Assembly (NCBI GenBank): GCA_963832745.1
Contig: CAWHVC010000001.1
Location: forward strand, 704,001-768,000
Direction of reading: 5' to 3'
DNA length: 64,000 nucleotides
Origin: Candidatus Bathyarchaeota archaeon
GTDB lineage: Archaea > Thermoproteota > Bathyarchaeia > Bathyarchaeales > Bathycorpusculaceae
A program made the position numbers and the translations under genes. Positions 1 to 9,684 of the stretch are shown here, one piece after another. Each line of letters starts with the position of its first letter. Within the stretch, counting starts at the first letter, position 1. Under the pieces are notes generated by a model. That model was not told the origin of the DNA and ran no database searches. It was given only the letters and a program-made list of their open reading frames with translations.

Positions 1-2
1 AA

Positions 3-209
3 GTAAAAGGTTATTTTGTTGCGCAGGCTGAGGCAGTTAAACAAGCAGTACATGTTCCAGTTATCGGTGTAGGTGGCATTACTGAGCCAGAGTTTGCTGA
101 CAGGCTGGTGCGGGAGGGCAAGGTGGATTTGGTTGCGGTTGGCCGAGCCTTATGGCGTGACGTAGATTGGGCAAAAAATGCCCTTGACGTAGTTAGCAAA
201 ACAGTTTGA
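3..209 (+). CDS. NADH:flavin oxidoreductase (Old Yellow Enzyme family), C-terminal fragment cut by the window edge
   Basis: Manual translation gives AEAVKQAVHVPVIGVGGITEPEFADRLVREGKVDLVAVGRALWRD, a typical OYE C-terminus. Not in the ORF track. Confidence 0.85.
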   Translation, partial: VKGYFVAQAEAVKQAVHVPVIGVGGITEPEFADRLVREGKVDLVAVGRALWRDVDWAKNALDVVSKTV

Positions 210-292
210 AACACAAATTTTTTGTTGCTTCACTTCTGCACCAACATACATTTTTTACAAAGCTTCAACCGCCAATATAGCGGTGAACTTTT

Positions 293-847
293 TTGTCTGA
301 AGAAGAAAAAAAGAAAATGAATTATTATTATGCTGGAAAAGAAAAGAAAGCTGAGGAAATCAAAAAAGCGCCAGAGGAACCCTCGGATGAGATGATTCCG
401 TATTTTTCTAAGGATTTTCAACGTGACTTTAACCGTATGATGGATCGATTTCAGCGGGAGTTTGAAGGTTTTTGGGGGCAACCGCCAAAGGTACATTATG
501 AACGGTTTATGCGTCCATTTAAAACGATGATGCCGTCGGTGGATGTGGAAGACCGCGGAAAAGACTTCAGGTTAACAGTGGACCTACCGGGATTTAGCAA
601 AGAAAACGTTGATGTCGAAGTCGTTGAAGACGCCGTAACCATTCAAGCTAAACAGACAAAGGCTGTGGAGGAGACGCAGAAAAACTTTATACGCCATGAA
701 AGAGCCGCTCAAACTTACTACCGCAGAGTTCCGTTACCCGAAGCTGTGCTTTCTGACGAGGCAAAGGCAAATTTGAACAACGGCATACTTGAAATTGTTT
801 TGCCAAAGAAGGCGCCTAAAGAAACCAAAAAGCTTCAAATCGACTAA
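293..847 (+). CDS. Small heat-shock protein (Hsp20/alpha-crystallin)
   Basis: PSVDVED...VDLPGFSKENVDV...YYRRVPLPEAV...ANLNNGILEIVLPK; GGTGA ribosome-binding site before the TTG start. Confidence 0.95.
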   Translation: MSEEEKKKMNYYYAGKEKKAEEIKKAPEEPSDEMIPYFSKDFQRDFNRMMDRFQREFEGFWGQPPKVHYERFMRPFKTMMPSVDVEDRGKDFRLTVDLPGFSKENVDVEVVEDAVTIQAKQTKAVEETQKNFIRHERAAQTYYRRVPLPEAVLSDEAKANLNNGILEIVLPKKAPKETKKLQID

Positions 848-944
848 TCTCTCTTTTCGTTTCTCTTTTTTCATAATCAAACTTCCAATTTTTCAACATA
901 CTAATGATCAAAATTTCAACCATTATCACCTACTTCTTCTGTCG

Positions 945-1006
945 TTTCCGAAAAAGGCTTGTTTTGATCTACCTCCTATAGGTTTCTGCAATTAATTTTT
1001 AATAGG
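945..1006 (+). repeat. Dispersed ~62 bp intergenic repeat, copy 1 (copy 2 at 24369-24430)
   Basis: TAGGTTTCTGCAATTAATTTTTAATAGG versus TAGGTTTCTGCAATGAATTTCTAATAGG, with similar upstream flanks. Confidence 0.75.
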
Positions 1007-1156
1007 ATCTCCTAATAGACGCCAAATAGGTTGACAGCAACATAGAACAGCACCAAATTAAGTTGTCAACTAACTTACAAATGTAAAATCGGGGTACTTT
1101 GTGCTCGTTGAATAATTGTGGGCTGTTTTAAATAAGCAGGGAACAATAGGTGGATT

Positions 1157-1685
1157 ATGCAGAAAATGAATGTTCATAGTTCTCGCTTGTTTGCGGTTAT
1201 GCTTGTGTTTGTTCTTTTTGTAGCGGGGGTTTTTGGGATTTTTATCTATTTTACCAGTTTATGGGACAATGGTGATGTAGAAATTTCGCAGCCAGATGAA
1301 ACCGCCAATATTGCCACCGCTTTAGGTTGCAAGGAGATTGGACAGGATTACTTTTATCGTGCTCCTTGGCCCTACAATTACCTGTACATAACTGGAACAG
1401 TAAGCAACGCTGGAAACGGTACCGCTTACAATGCTGGACTCAAAGTTGTTGCCTATAATTCTACCGGCAGCGTCCTAGTGGATATGACGTTTCCTTTGGG
1501 TAACGTCACTTTTGGGACAACCCCCGAAATCAGCGCTTATCTAAAACAGTACTCGAACATTGATTATTCTTTGGCTCTTGGAATTGATGGCAAGTGGACA
1601 AAATGATACAATTGTTTTGGGGATTGCTCACGAAGGTGTTGCTTCAAACTGGACACTAACTCCTGTATGGACAAACCTGCCATAA
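1157..1685 (+). CDS. Membrane-anchored hypothetical protein (FxLYD-like beta-sandwich), frameshifted near 1585
   Basis: N-terminal TM helix; LYITGTVSNAGNGTAYNAGLKVVAY. The shifted frame continues SGQNDTIVLGIAHEGVASNWTLTPVWTNLP* to 1685. Confidence 0.6.
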
Positions 1686-2062
1686 TCGGTTGTTAAAGGG
1701 TTAATCCTCCAAATATTCCACTGAGAAACATGCTATCAAACGTTCCTGCGTCTTGATACTGGATACTGAGGTGCCGAGTTCGGGGGTGTTTAGGGTAAGG
1801 CAGAGCGCTGTGAGGGTAGTGGATTATTTTTGTGTTTGATAATTTTTGCGTTTTTTTGAGGGTTTTGTGCTTGCTTGCTGTGCAGCGGATGGGGTTATTT
1901 GTTATTAATCGTTTGGAAGAGGAAGGTTTTTTATTGTTTTTCTGCATTATTTTTCACCTAAAAATATTTTTAGTAAACGTTTGTACAGTTTTTCGATTTT
2001 GCCCTATTCAAACGGGTAATCTTAAATACTTGAGTGTAGTGATTGTGCAGTATTAAATCATA

Positions 2063-2638
2063 ATGTCCGACAAACGTAAAGAGGAGCGCAAAATATTGCA
2101 ACAAACAAACACAAAAAACCCGCAAAACACTGCACAAATAACAGGCGCTCCTACGCACTCTTTTGAAGAATACAAACGTCCCCCAGCAACAATCAGTCTC
2201 GACCAAATGGACATAAAAATCCTCAGCATCCTGCAAGACAACTGCCAACTAAGCTACAGAAAACTTGGAACAATGCTTGGCGTCTCTGGCGTGATTGTTG
2301 CTAGCCGCATAAAAGCTCTTGAAGACAAGGGTATTTTGGAGGGTTATACGGTGATTTTGGATCCGGTGAAGTTGGGTTATGATTTGACTGCGATTTTGTA
2401 TGTTCAGGTTGAAAGTGGTTTTTTGGTTGATGTTGAGGCTGAGTTGTCGCGGACTTCTGGCGTGATTGGGGTGTATGAGGTTACTGGGGATTTTGATGTT
2501 ATTGCGGTGACTAAGCTTCGGGATCGGGATTGTTTGAATACTTTGATTAAGAATTTGTTGTTGACTCCGCATGTTAAACGGACTTTGACTAATATTACCT
2601 TGAATGTTGTTAAGGAAGATTTCAAGATTCCTTTTTAG
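2063..2638 (+). CDS. Lrp/AsnC family transcriptional regulator
   Basis: LDQMDIKILSILQDNCQLSYRKLG HTH; VYEVTGDFDVIA RAM domain. Confidence 0.95.
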   Translation: MSDKRKEERKILQQTNTKNPQNTAQITGAPTHSFEEYKRPPATISLDQMDIKILSILQDNCQLSYRKLGTMLGVSGVIVASRIKALEDKGILEGYTVILDPVKLGYDLTAILYVQVESGFLVDVEAELSRTSGVIGVYEVTGDFDVIAVTKLRDRDCLNTLIKNLLLTPHVKRTLTNITLNVVKEDFKIPF

Positions 2639-2736
2639 CCTTTAAGCTTCTCCTGACGTTTTGCATCTGACTAGTAAACCCCACAATTTTAAAACATATG
2701 CTAAGTTTTTTCACTTAAAAATGTATATTTTTCCAG

Positions 2737-2779
2737 TTTTTCATAAAAGTTATGAACAAATCACAATTAGGTTTATATT
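2737..2779 (+). promoter_or_regulatory. Palindromic operator TTCATAA-N3-TTATGAA followed by a TATA box (amt1 promoter)
   Basis: 27 bp identical to 4530-4556; TTTATAT box starts at the same offset in both copies. Confidence 0.8.
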
Positions 2780-2894
2780 GCCTGTTATCCACGCTTCCTA
2801 TAAAACGGTGAAAAACAACATGAGAAAGGGAAAAATACTAACAAAAATCTCAAACACAGCTGAGAAAGCATTAACAAAACACTCAGAACTCTTC

Positions 2895-4382
2895 ATGAAA
2901 AAGAAATTCTACATACTCGCAGGCATACTACTAACTTGCTTAGCAATCAGCGTAGGACAAGTATTTGCACAATCAACCGACCCCCTCGTAGACACAGGCG
3001 CAGCAGTCAGCATCGCATGGACACTAGTCATGGGTGGCTTAGTCTGGTTCATGCAGCTTGGCTTCGCGTTCCTCGGCGCTGGCTTTATCCGGCAGAAAAA
3101 CCAGGTCAACTACTGGACAAAGAGCTACCTTGACTTCAGCGTTGGTGTAGTCATCTTTGCATTAGTAGGCTTCGGTTTAATGTTCGGTGGCTCCGGAGCA
3201 GCATTCCCCGCAGGATTTGATGCAACCGGAACACAAGTCTTTGTTACATTACCCGGTCTAGACGCAGGCAACTCATTCATAGGCTATAGTGGCTTTCTCC
3301 TCGCAGGTCAAGCAACTAACACGTTCACACTAGTGTATTTCTTCTGGCAAGCAGTCTTCGCAGCCACTTCAGTAACAATCGTTGCAGGTATGGTTGCCGA
3401 AAGAATGAAGTTCCAGGCGTACTTCTTATACACAGTACTGATTAACATCCTAATCTATCCAGTCTATGGTCACTGGGTTTGGGGTGGCGGTTGGCTCGCA
3501 ACATTACCTTTCGGTGTCGGTGTCCGCGACTTTGCAGGTTCAGGTGTCGTCCACGCAGTCGGTGGCTTTACAGGTTTAGCGGCTTGTTGGCTCATTGGTC
3601 CAAGAATCGGCAAATACGGTAAAAATGGTGAAGTTCGCAGTTTCGGCTACACAAACGTGCCATACATCGTTATCGGCACCATGATTCTGTTCCTCGGCTG
3701 GTTCGGCTTCAACCCAGGCAGCACACTCAGCACACTTGACGGCGTAACTCCACTAGTTTCAGTAAACACTTATCTTGCAGGCGGTGTCGGTGCAGTAATT
3801 GGCATAATAATCAGCTATCTTGACCGTAAACACTTCGCAGGACCAGACATTCAAGCAGTCTGCACAGGCGCTCTTGGTGGCCTAGTAGCAATCACAGCAC
3901 CATGCGCTTACGTTGACCCATGGGCCGCATTAATCATCGGTGTCATCGCAGCTCCACTAGCACTCTACGGCAACATATTCGTTGAACGCAAACTAAAAAT
4001 TGACGACCCAGTCGGCGCATTCGGTATCCACGGCATCAACGGTCTCTTTGGTTTACTAGCAGTCGGTCTATTTGCAAACGGTCTATACGGCGGCGTTAAC
4101 GGTGTACTAATCAACGGCGGTGCAGGTACAGGGCAGCTAATTGCACAGTTAATTGACTGTGCGGTCGTTGCAGGCTTTAGTTTCGGTATGGGCTTGTTGA
4201 TCTTTGGTATGATCAAATACACCATCGGCTTAAGAGCTCATCATAAAGAAGAGATTGAGGGCTTAGACCTTACCGAACACGGATTCAGTGCATACCCAGA
4301 AATCGTTATGAAGCCTGAAGCAAAAGAGTGGGTTACTCCAGAAGCTAAAGACAAAGAGCTCCTTGACAAGAAAGGCGAATAA
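2895..4382 (+). CDS. amtB: Ammonium transporter 1 (Amt), with signal-peptide-like N-terminus
   Basis: FMQLGFAFL, DFAGSGVVHAVGG, GWFGFNPGS and DDPVGAFGIHG motifs; twin His retained. Start uncertain (2820 or 2895). Confidence 0.95.
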   Translation: MKKKFYILAGILLTCLAISVGQVFAQSTDPLVDTGAAVSIAWTLVMGGLVWFMQLGFAFLGAGFIRQKNQVNYWTKSYLDFSVGVVIFALVGFGLMFGGSGAAFPAGFDATGTQVFVTLPGLDAGNSFIGYSGFLLAGQATNTFTLVYFFWQAVFAATSVTIVAGMVAERMKFQAYFLYTVLINILIYPVYGHWVWGGGWLATLPFGVGVRDFAGSGVVHAVGGFTGLAACWLIGPRIGKYGKNGEVRSFGYTNVPYIVIGTMILFLGWFGFNPGSTLSTLDGVTPLVSVNTYLAGGVGAVIGIIISYLDRKHFAGPDIQAVCTGALGGLVAITAPCAYVDPWAALIIGVIAAPLALYGNIFVERKLKIDDPVGAFGIHGINGLFGLLAVGLFANGLYGGVNGVLINGGAGTGQLIAQLIDCAVVAGFSFGMGLLIFGMIKYTIGLRAHHKEEIEGLDLTEHGFSAYPEIVMKPEAKEWVTPEAKDKELLDKKGE

Positions 4383-4410
4383 TCGCCTTCACCATTTTCT
4401 TTTTTTTGTT
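4372..4410 (+). terminator. Hairpin plus oligo-T terminator after amt1
   Basis: AAGGCGA...TCGCCTT stem overlapping the stop codon, followed by T-tracts. Confidence 0.5.
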
Positions 4411-4529
4411 TAGTGTCTTTTTAACCAGTTTATTGTTGTGAATGTTGCTTTTCTTATAAATGTCCAGAATATTATTCAAAATTAGTACAATCGCAAAGTT
4501 TTTTTACATTTTTACGTTAACTTTTTCAA

Positions 4530-4572
4530 TTTTTCATAAAAGTTATGAACAAATCATAACAGCCTTTATATC
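4530..4572 (+). promoter_or_regulatory. Second copy of the palindromic operator plus TATA box (permease promoter)
   Basis: TTTTTCATAAAAGTTATGAACAAATCA, then TTTATATC at 4565. Confidence 0.8.
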
Positions 4573-4618
4573 CGTTAGGGCTCATCGGAAAGCAAATATT
4601 GAACATAAAGAGGATTGA

Positions 4619-5878
4619 TTAGCCCTGCCAATAGACGCACAAATCTTAATACTGCCAATATTCATAGCCTGCTACGCACTAGCACTTAGCAGAAAAGTCA
4701 AACTAGCCTACACGTCAGTAATCTCCCTAATCGCATTAATCGTACTCGGCATAGTATCTTGGCAGGACACCATCTTTTTAGCCATACAGTGGGATGTGCT
4801 CGCTGTAATCTGGGGCTTCATGATGGTCTCATTCATATTTTCAGAAAGCCAAATGCCCGAACTAATAGCAAACAAAATCCTAACCCACATAAAAATAGAA
4901 AAATATGCTCTATTAGCACTTTGCGCCGTTGCAGCATTCCTCTCCGCTTTCATGGCAAACGTTGCAGTACTCTTTCTAATGGCGCCTGTAGCAATACAGA
5001 TGGCACGAAAACTTGGCTCACCACTTTTTCCCTACATAGTTTCCGTCGGTGTATGCTCAAACATGGTCACCACAACCACAATGATCGCTGACCCCCCAGC
5101 ATTGATTTTGGCAATACAGACTGGCATGACCCCACTTGATTTCTACTGGTTCCAGGGCAGAATAGGCCTAGGTGCAATAACTGCTGTGGGTGTAACCGCT
5201 GCTTTACTAACACTGCTTGTGCTCTTCCGTAAAATGAACAAGAAAATCGATATTGAGCCAGAAAAAATCAAAGTAACCAAACTGCCAACAATCCTGTTCC
5301 TTGTCGGCATAATCGTGCTTGCGTTGGCTCCAGAAATCAACCTCAGCTTAGGAGTAGTAGGCTTGGGTGTGGGTATCATTGCGTTAATAATTGGACACAA
5401 AAAAGCTAAACGCATGATTGTAGAGTTCGACTGGGACTCCTTAATCTTCCTAGCAGGCATATTTGGAGTAATCTTTGCGCTGTCAACATCCGGTTTACTT
5501 ACTGACTTCGCTCAAGGCATCATCGGCATGGGCATCGGCAACCCCACTATACTACTGGCCTTCCTTGTCTGGCTTTCAGTTGGCTTATCTTCCTTCATTG
5601 ACCCCAACGCTTACACTGTCCTGATGATTCCAGTATGCCAACAATTAGCAACTTTCACTGGAATTAGTGCATTTCCACTACTCTTCGGTACACTAATCGG
5701 TACAGGAAGCGGCGCCAACATATTGCCAATGGGTGCAGCCACAAACGTGTTTGCCTGCGGACTGCTGGAGAAAAACAACTGTCTAGTCAGCACTAAAGAG
5801 TACATCAAGATAGGTTTGCCCTTATCCATAGTTGCGGTTGGCGTTGCAAACTTGCTCTTGTGGATGTTCTGGGTGTAA
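4619..5878 (+). CDS. SLC13/ArsB-NhaD (ion transporter superfamily) permease
   Basis: FLSAFMANVAVL, TTMIADPPALI, FDWDSLIFLAGIF, GANILPMGAATN. The frame is open from 4619 with two extra hydrophobic segments but no ATG/GTG/TTG before 4796. Confidence 0.85.
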   Translation, partial: LALPIDAQILILPIFIACYALALSRKVKLAYTSVISLIALIVLGIVSWQDTIFLAIQWDVLAVIWGFMMVSFIFSESQMPELIANKILTHIKIEKYALLALCAVAAFLSAFMANVAVLFLMAPVAIQMARKLGSPLFPYIVSVGVCSNMVTTTTMIADPPALILAIQTGMTPLDFYWFQGRIGLGAITAVGVTAALLTLLVLFRKMNKKIDIEPEKIKVTKLPTILFLVGIIVLALAPEINLSLGVVGLGVGIIALIIGHKKAKRMIVEFDWDSLIFLAGIFGVIFALSTSGLLTDFAQGIIGMGIGNPTILLAFLVWLSVGLSSFIDPNAYTVLMIPVCQQLATFTGISAFPLLFGTLIGTGSGANILPMGAATNVFACGLLEKNNCLVSTKEYIKIGLPLSIVAVGVANLLLWMFWV

Positions 5879-5918
5879 CAAAATTAATAAACTAAAAAAT
5901 GTGAGGTTGAATGGAAAA

Positions 5919-6230
5919 GTGTCAAATGAAATGGGTTTGCGGATAAAAAAAGGCAAGAACTTTAAAGATGTTATTGCCGAAGAGAAAAACAAGGGTCGAT
6001 ACTTTAAACTAATGATGAAGAGGCTAACCAGTATTAATTCATCCTTACTGTATAGCGGTTCTTTCCTGCTACTCTTCATTGTTATTGATGTTGCAGTTTA
6101 CGCTTTGCTTGAACCAACCGTTTTAATTTGGGCTGGCATACTTGTGGCTTCAGCCCTTGTGAGCTCGATATTCGCATCTAAAGTAACAAATATGCTCAAG
6201 AAACAGCAGTGGAAATACGCTTCACTTTAA
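5919..6230 (+). CDS. Small two-TM hypothetical membrane protein
   Basis: Basic N-terminus plus two hydrophobic helices; GAGGT site upstream; start uncertain. Confidence 0.55.
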   Translation: MSNEMGLRIKKGKNFKDVIAEEKNKGRYFKLMMKRLTSINSSLLYSGSFLLLFIVIDVAVYALLEPTVLIWAGILVASALVSSIFASKVTNMLKKQQWKYASL

Positions 6231-6399
6231 CTATATATTCCTTTTTTTGACTATTGTTTTTCTGTAGTACACTTTTTTCGACGTTCTCACAGCAACTTTA
6301 CCCTTTTTTCAACTTTCACGTTAGCTCTGATTGTTTTAATGGACAATTAAAGGCTAAATTAGAGAAAATTTAAATGTCCAATCTAATACTAAAGATTCA

Positions 6400-7863
6400 A
6401 TGAAATCCACTATCGCAGTCTTGCTTGCTAACATGGGTTTTGTCCTTCAACTATCAGGGATTTTCATCCTTGTGCCTATTGTTGTTTCTTTCATGCTTAA
6501 CGAAACAAATGCCACTGTTGCATTATTCATTTCCGCAACCGCATTCATGGCGTTAGGTTTTCTAACAAATGCACTATGTGAGAAAAAAGAAATGACCTAC
6601 AGACAATCATGCATATTGATTGTTTCGGTTTTCATAATTCTAAGCTTGATTGGCGCAATACCTTACTTGTACTTGAGTCTTCCCAGCTCAAATATAATCC
6701 AAACTGTAACTGACAGCGTTTTTGAATCTGTTTCAGGATTCACCACAACAGGCTTCTCAGTAATCCCTGACCTATCGGCGCTTCCACAATCAATAATTCT
6801 GTACAGGTCACTGACACAATTCATCGGTGGCATCGGCGTCGTTATCGTTTTGCTTTCCTTCTTCTATCCTGAGGCGAAACTGAAAGAGTTTGCAAAAAGC
6901 ATGGGTTTAGGCAACGGAAACTACAAGATTAAGAAAACCTTCCTGTTTATCGTTTCACTCTACTGTGCCTTTACAATCGCAATGGTTGTTATCGGCTACT
7001 TAGGTGGTTATCATGACCTGCTTAATTTAAGCTCAATTGTCTTTTCCTCAATCAGCACTGGTGGCTTCTCGCCTGCAGTTGATTTAGCAACCCTTGTATC
7101 TCAAACACCGTTCAACTTTATCGTTCCGATAAGCATGATTTTCGGTGCAACAAACTTTCTTATATTTCCTAGTCTTTTCAAGGGAAAAATTAAAGAATTC
7201 TTCAATTCCGAATTTATCGTTTTCCTGATTGTAGCAGCGGTTTCAACTTTTATCCTGTTCCAATTCTTTAATGTTGACACATACACTGCAATGTTCCATG
7301 TTGTAAGTGCCATGTCAACAACTGGCTTTAACACGATACCCATACAAAGTATGGCTGATTCGCTCAAATTATTCCTGGTTGCGTTGATGTTCATCGGCGG
7401 CTGCAGCTTTTCCACTGCCGGCGGCATCAAAATTTACCGCTTATTGTTGATGCTGAAAAGTGTCAAGAAAAGTGTAACTTTTGCAGTTGTAGGTAAAGAT
7501 GAGAAAGTAAAAGTGCTGGGCAAGGAATACTCAAACTCTGATGTAATCCAAAGCGCAGCTTTAGTGTTTCTCACAGCGCTTCTGATCTTTGTTTCAGCGT
7601 TAATTGTAAGTTACTATGGCTTTAGGCCTATAGATGCGCTTTTTGATTGTACCTCTGCAATGGCAACGACTGGTTTAAGCACTGGTGTAGTTGGTCCAAG
7701 TTTGGCTATCGAATTAAAATGGCTGTTTATGTTCCTGATGCTTCTTGGGCGTGTTGAAATTATCTCCTTCCTTGTCATTTTTACAAGAGGAAAAGAACGT
7801 CCTATGCTTGCATCACAGTCTTACGAAGAGCCTGCAGTGATTACAATTACTGATGAGGAATAG
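6400..7863 (+). CDS. trkH: TrkH-family potassium uptake membrane subunit
   Basis: Four P-loops (SGFTTTGFS, STGGF, STTGF, ATTGLS); GGCSFSTAGGIK; LMLLGRVE. Confidence 0.95.
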   Translation: MKSTIAVLLANMGFVLQLSGIFILVPIVVSFMLNETNATVALFISATAFMALGFLTNALCEKKEMTYRQSCILIVSVFIILSLIGAIPYLYLSLPSSNIIQTVTDSVFESVSGFTTTGFSVIPDLSALPQSIILYRSLTQFIGGIGVVIVLLSFFYPEAKLKEFAKSMGLGNGNYKIKKTFLFIVSLYCAFTIAMVVIGYLGGYHDLLNLSSIVFSSISTGGFSPAVDLATLVSQTPFNFIVPISMIFGATNFLIFPSLFKGKIKEFFNSEFIVFLIVAAVSTFILFQFFNVDTYTAMFHVVSAMSTTGFNTIPIQSMADSLKLFLVALMFIGGCSFSTAGGIKIYRLLLMLKSVKKSVTFAVVGKDEKVKVLGKEYSNSDVIQSAALVFLTALLIFVSALIVSYYGFRPIDALFDCTSAMATTGLSTGVVGPSLAIELKWLFMFLMLLGRVEIISFLVIFTRGKERPMLASQSYEEPAVITITDEE

Positions 7864-8156
7864 GCTTCTTTTTTTTCTGTTTTTTCTTTATCTTTGTGTA
7901 TGTTTAGGTGTTTTGCTGGTTGTTGTTGGCCTGTTCTTTTGGTTTGTTATGGGTGGTTTTTTTGGATGATTTTCTAGTTATTGCCCTTTTAGCGCCGTTA
8001 AGATTGAACAAATAGTTGCGATTTGGCATGTTGATTCGATGTTTGGTCAAAAAAGTGGTCATTAGTGTAGCAAGTGGATACTTTTATATACTTGGATGAA
8101 ATAATTGCACAGGTAACAAGGCAATAAGGTGACATTTGTCAAGAGGTACATGAAAA

Positions 8157-9428
8157 ATGACAGCAGGAGATATAGCATGGGTAATAACATCAACCGCACT
8201 TGTAATGATAATGACGCCAGCACTAGGATTCTTTTACGGAGGCTTAGTTCGAAAGAAAAACTTGGTATCAACAATCGTCCAATGCGTCGTCATATTCGCA
8301 GTCATAAGCATAATCTGGTCACTCTATGGTTACGCACTCGTTTTCGGTGACAGCTTAGGCGGCGTAATAGGCTTCAATTTCGGCTTATTAGGGATGGCCA
8401 AACTTGGCATAGACACAGTTAATCCATTGCTTGCACCACAAATCCCTGAAATGCTCTTCTTCGCTTTTCAACTTAAATTCGCAGCCATCACACCAGCACT
8501 AATCATCGGTGCTTGCGCAGAAAGAGTCCGCTTCAAATCACTACTAATCTTCATCATAATCTGGTCCACACTAATCTACATGCCAATAGCCCATTGGGTT
8601 TGGAATCCAGACGGCTGGCTAAGAGCATTAGGCGCAATTGACTTCGCAGGGGGCATCGTCGTACACATTTCCGCTGGACTCTCAGCACTTGCAGCTGCAT
8701 TAGTAGTTGGCAGAAGAAAAGGTTGTGCTATCCCTTGGAGGAAACACATGGAAGCACTTGACCACAAAGACAGCGCCACAGAATTCAAACCCACAAACAT
8801 TCCCTACGTGCTACTGGGTGCAGCACTATTGTGGTTTGGATGGTTCGGATTTAACGCTGGAAGCGCACTCGCAGCAAACGACCTTGCAGTTGAAGCATTA
8901 GTTACCACAAACATTGGAGCAGCGGCAGCAGCAGTAAGCTGGATGATTGCTGATTGGCTTCGCAAGGGAAAACCCTCAGCAGTCGGCATCGCAGTTGGAG
9001 CAGTCGTTGGCTTAGTTGCAATCACACCAGCAGCAGGATACGTAAGCGTTTCATCAGCCCTAATCATCGGGTTAGCTGCAGGAGTAATTAGTAACTTTGT
9101 AGCAAACTGGAGAGCAGGACGTTCAAAAATTGATGACACCCTAGATGTTTTCGCTTGCCATGGTGTGGGTGGACTTTGGGGTTCAATCGCTGTTGGATTG
9201 TTCGCTTCAGCGGCTATTAACGGTGTGAACGGTTTGTTCTTTGGAAACCCAGCGCAGTTCGTCGCACAATTAATCGCCATTGCAGTTGTAGCGCCGTTCT
9301 CGTTCTTTGGTTCATACGCGTTGCTGAAATTGGTTAACGTGTTCTCGCCGTTGCGTGTAAGTGAAGAAGCTGAAGATGCAGGTTTGGACCTAAGTGAGCA
9401 CGGTGAAGAAGCCTACCAACTGGACTAG
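8157..9428 (+). CDS. amtB: Ammonium transporter 2 (Amt)
   Basis: MTPALGFFYGGLVR, DFAGGIVVHISAG, WFGWFGFNAGS, DDTLDVFACHG. Confidence 0.97.
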   Translation: MTAGDIAWVITSTALVMIMTPALGFFYGGLVRKKNLVSTIVQCVVIFAVISIIWSLYGYALVFGDSLGGVIGFNFGLLGMAKLGIDTVNPLLAPQIPEMLFFAFQLKFAAITPALIIGACAERVRFKSLLIFIIIWSTLIYMPIAHWVWNPDGWLRALGAIDFAGGIVVHISAGLSALAAALVVGRRKGCAIPWRKHMEALDHKDSATEFKPTNIPYVLLGAALLWFGWFGFNAGSALAANDLAVEALVTTNIGAAAAAVSWMIADWLRKGKPSAVGIAVGAVVGLVAITPAAGYVSVSSALIIGLAAGVISNFVANWRAGRSKIDDTLDVFACHGVGGLWGSIAVGLFASAAINGVNGLFFGNPAQFVAQLIAIAVVAPFSFFGSYALLKLVNVFSPLRVSEEAEDAGLDLSEHGEEAYQLD

Positions 9429-9684
9429 CGTAAACCCAACCTTTCCCTTTTTGTTTTATTTTTAAGAAATTTTTTTCTAGACAGTTTATACATTTTTGGA
9501 CGTATTTTTGGACATTCTTTCTTTAATGGCAAATTTAAGATTGATTTGTTGAACAAACGCATTTTTTAGATTAATGTGTTTTAATGATTGTTTAATTTTA
9601 CTTCAATAATTGACGCATCTGCATAGTTTAAATATTTGTTTAGCAAGAAAACTGGATAAACACTTACTTAAAAGAGGGAAAGCT

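Noticed and set aside
1700-1825. Possible structured ncRNA (locally GC-richer, TCCACT...AGTGGA closing arms)
   Set aside because: Only short, G-U-rich stems and no recognisable family motif; cannot be supported without covariation data
8000-9560. Extra copies of the amt operator before amt2 and amt3 (TGAACAAA)
   Set aside because: Only a partial match in AT-rich DNA, without the palindrome or the TATA spacing
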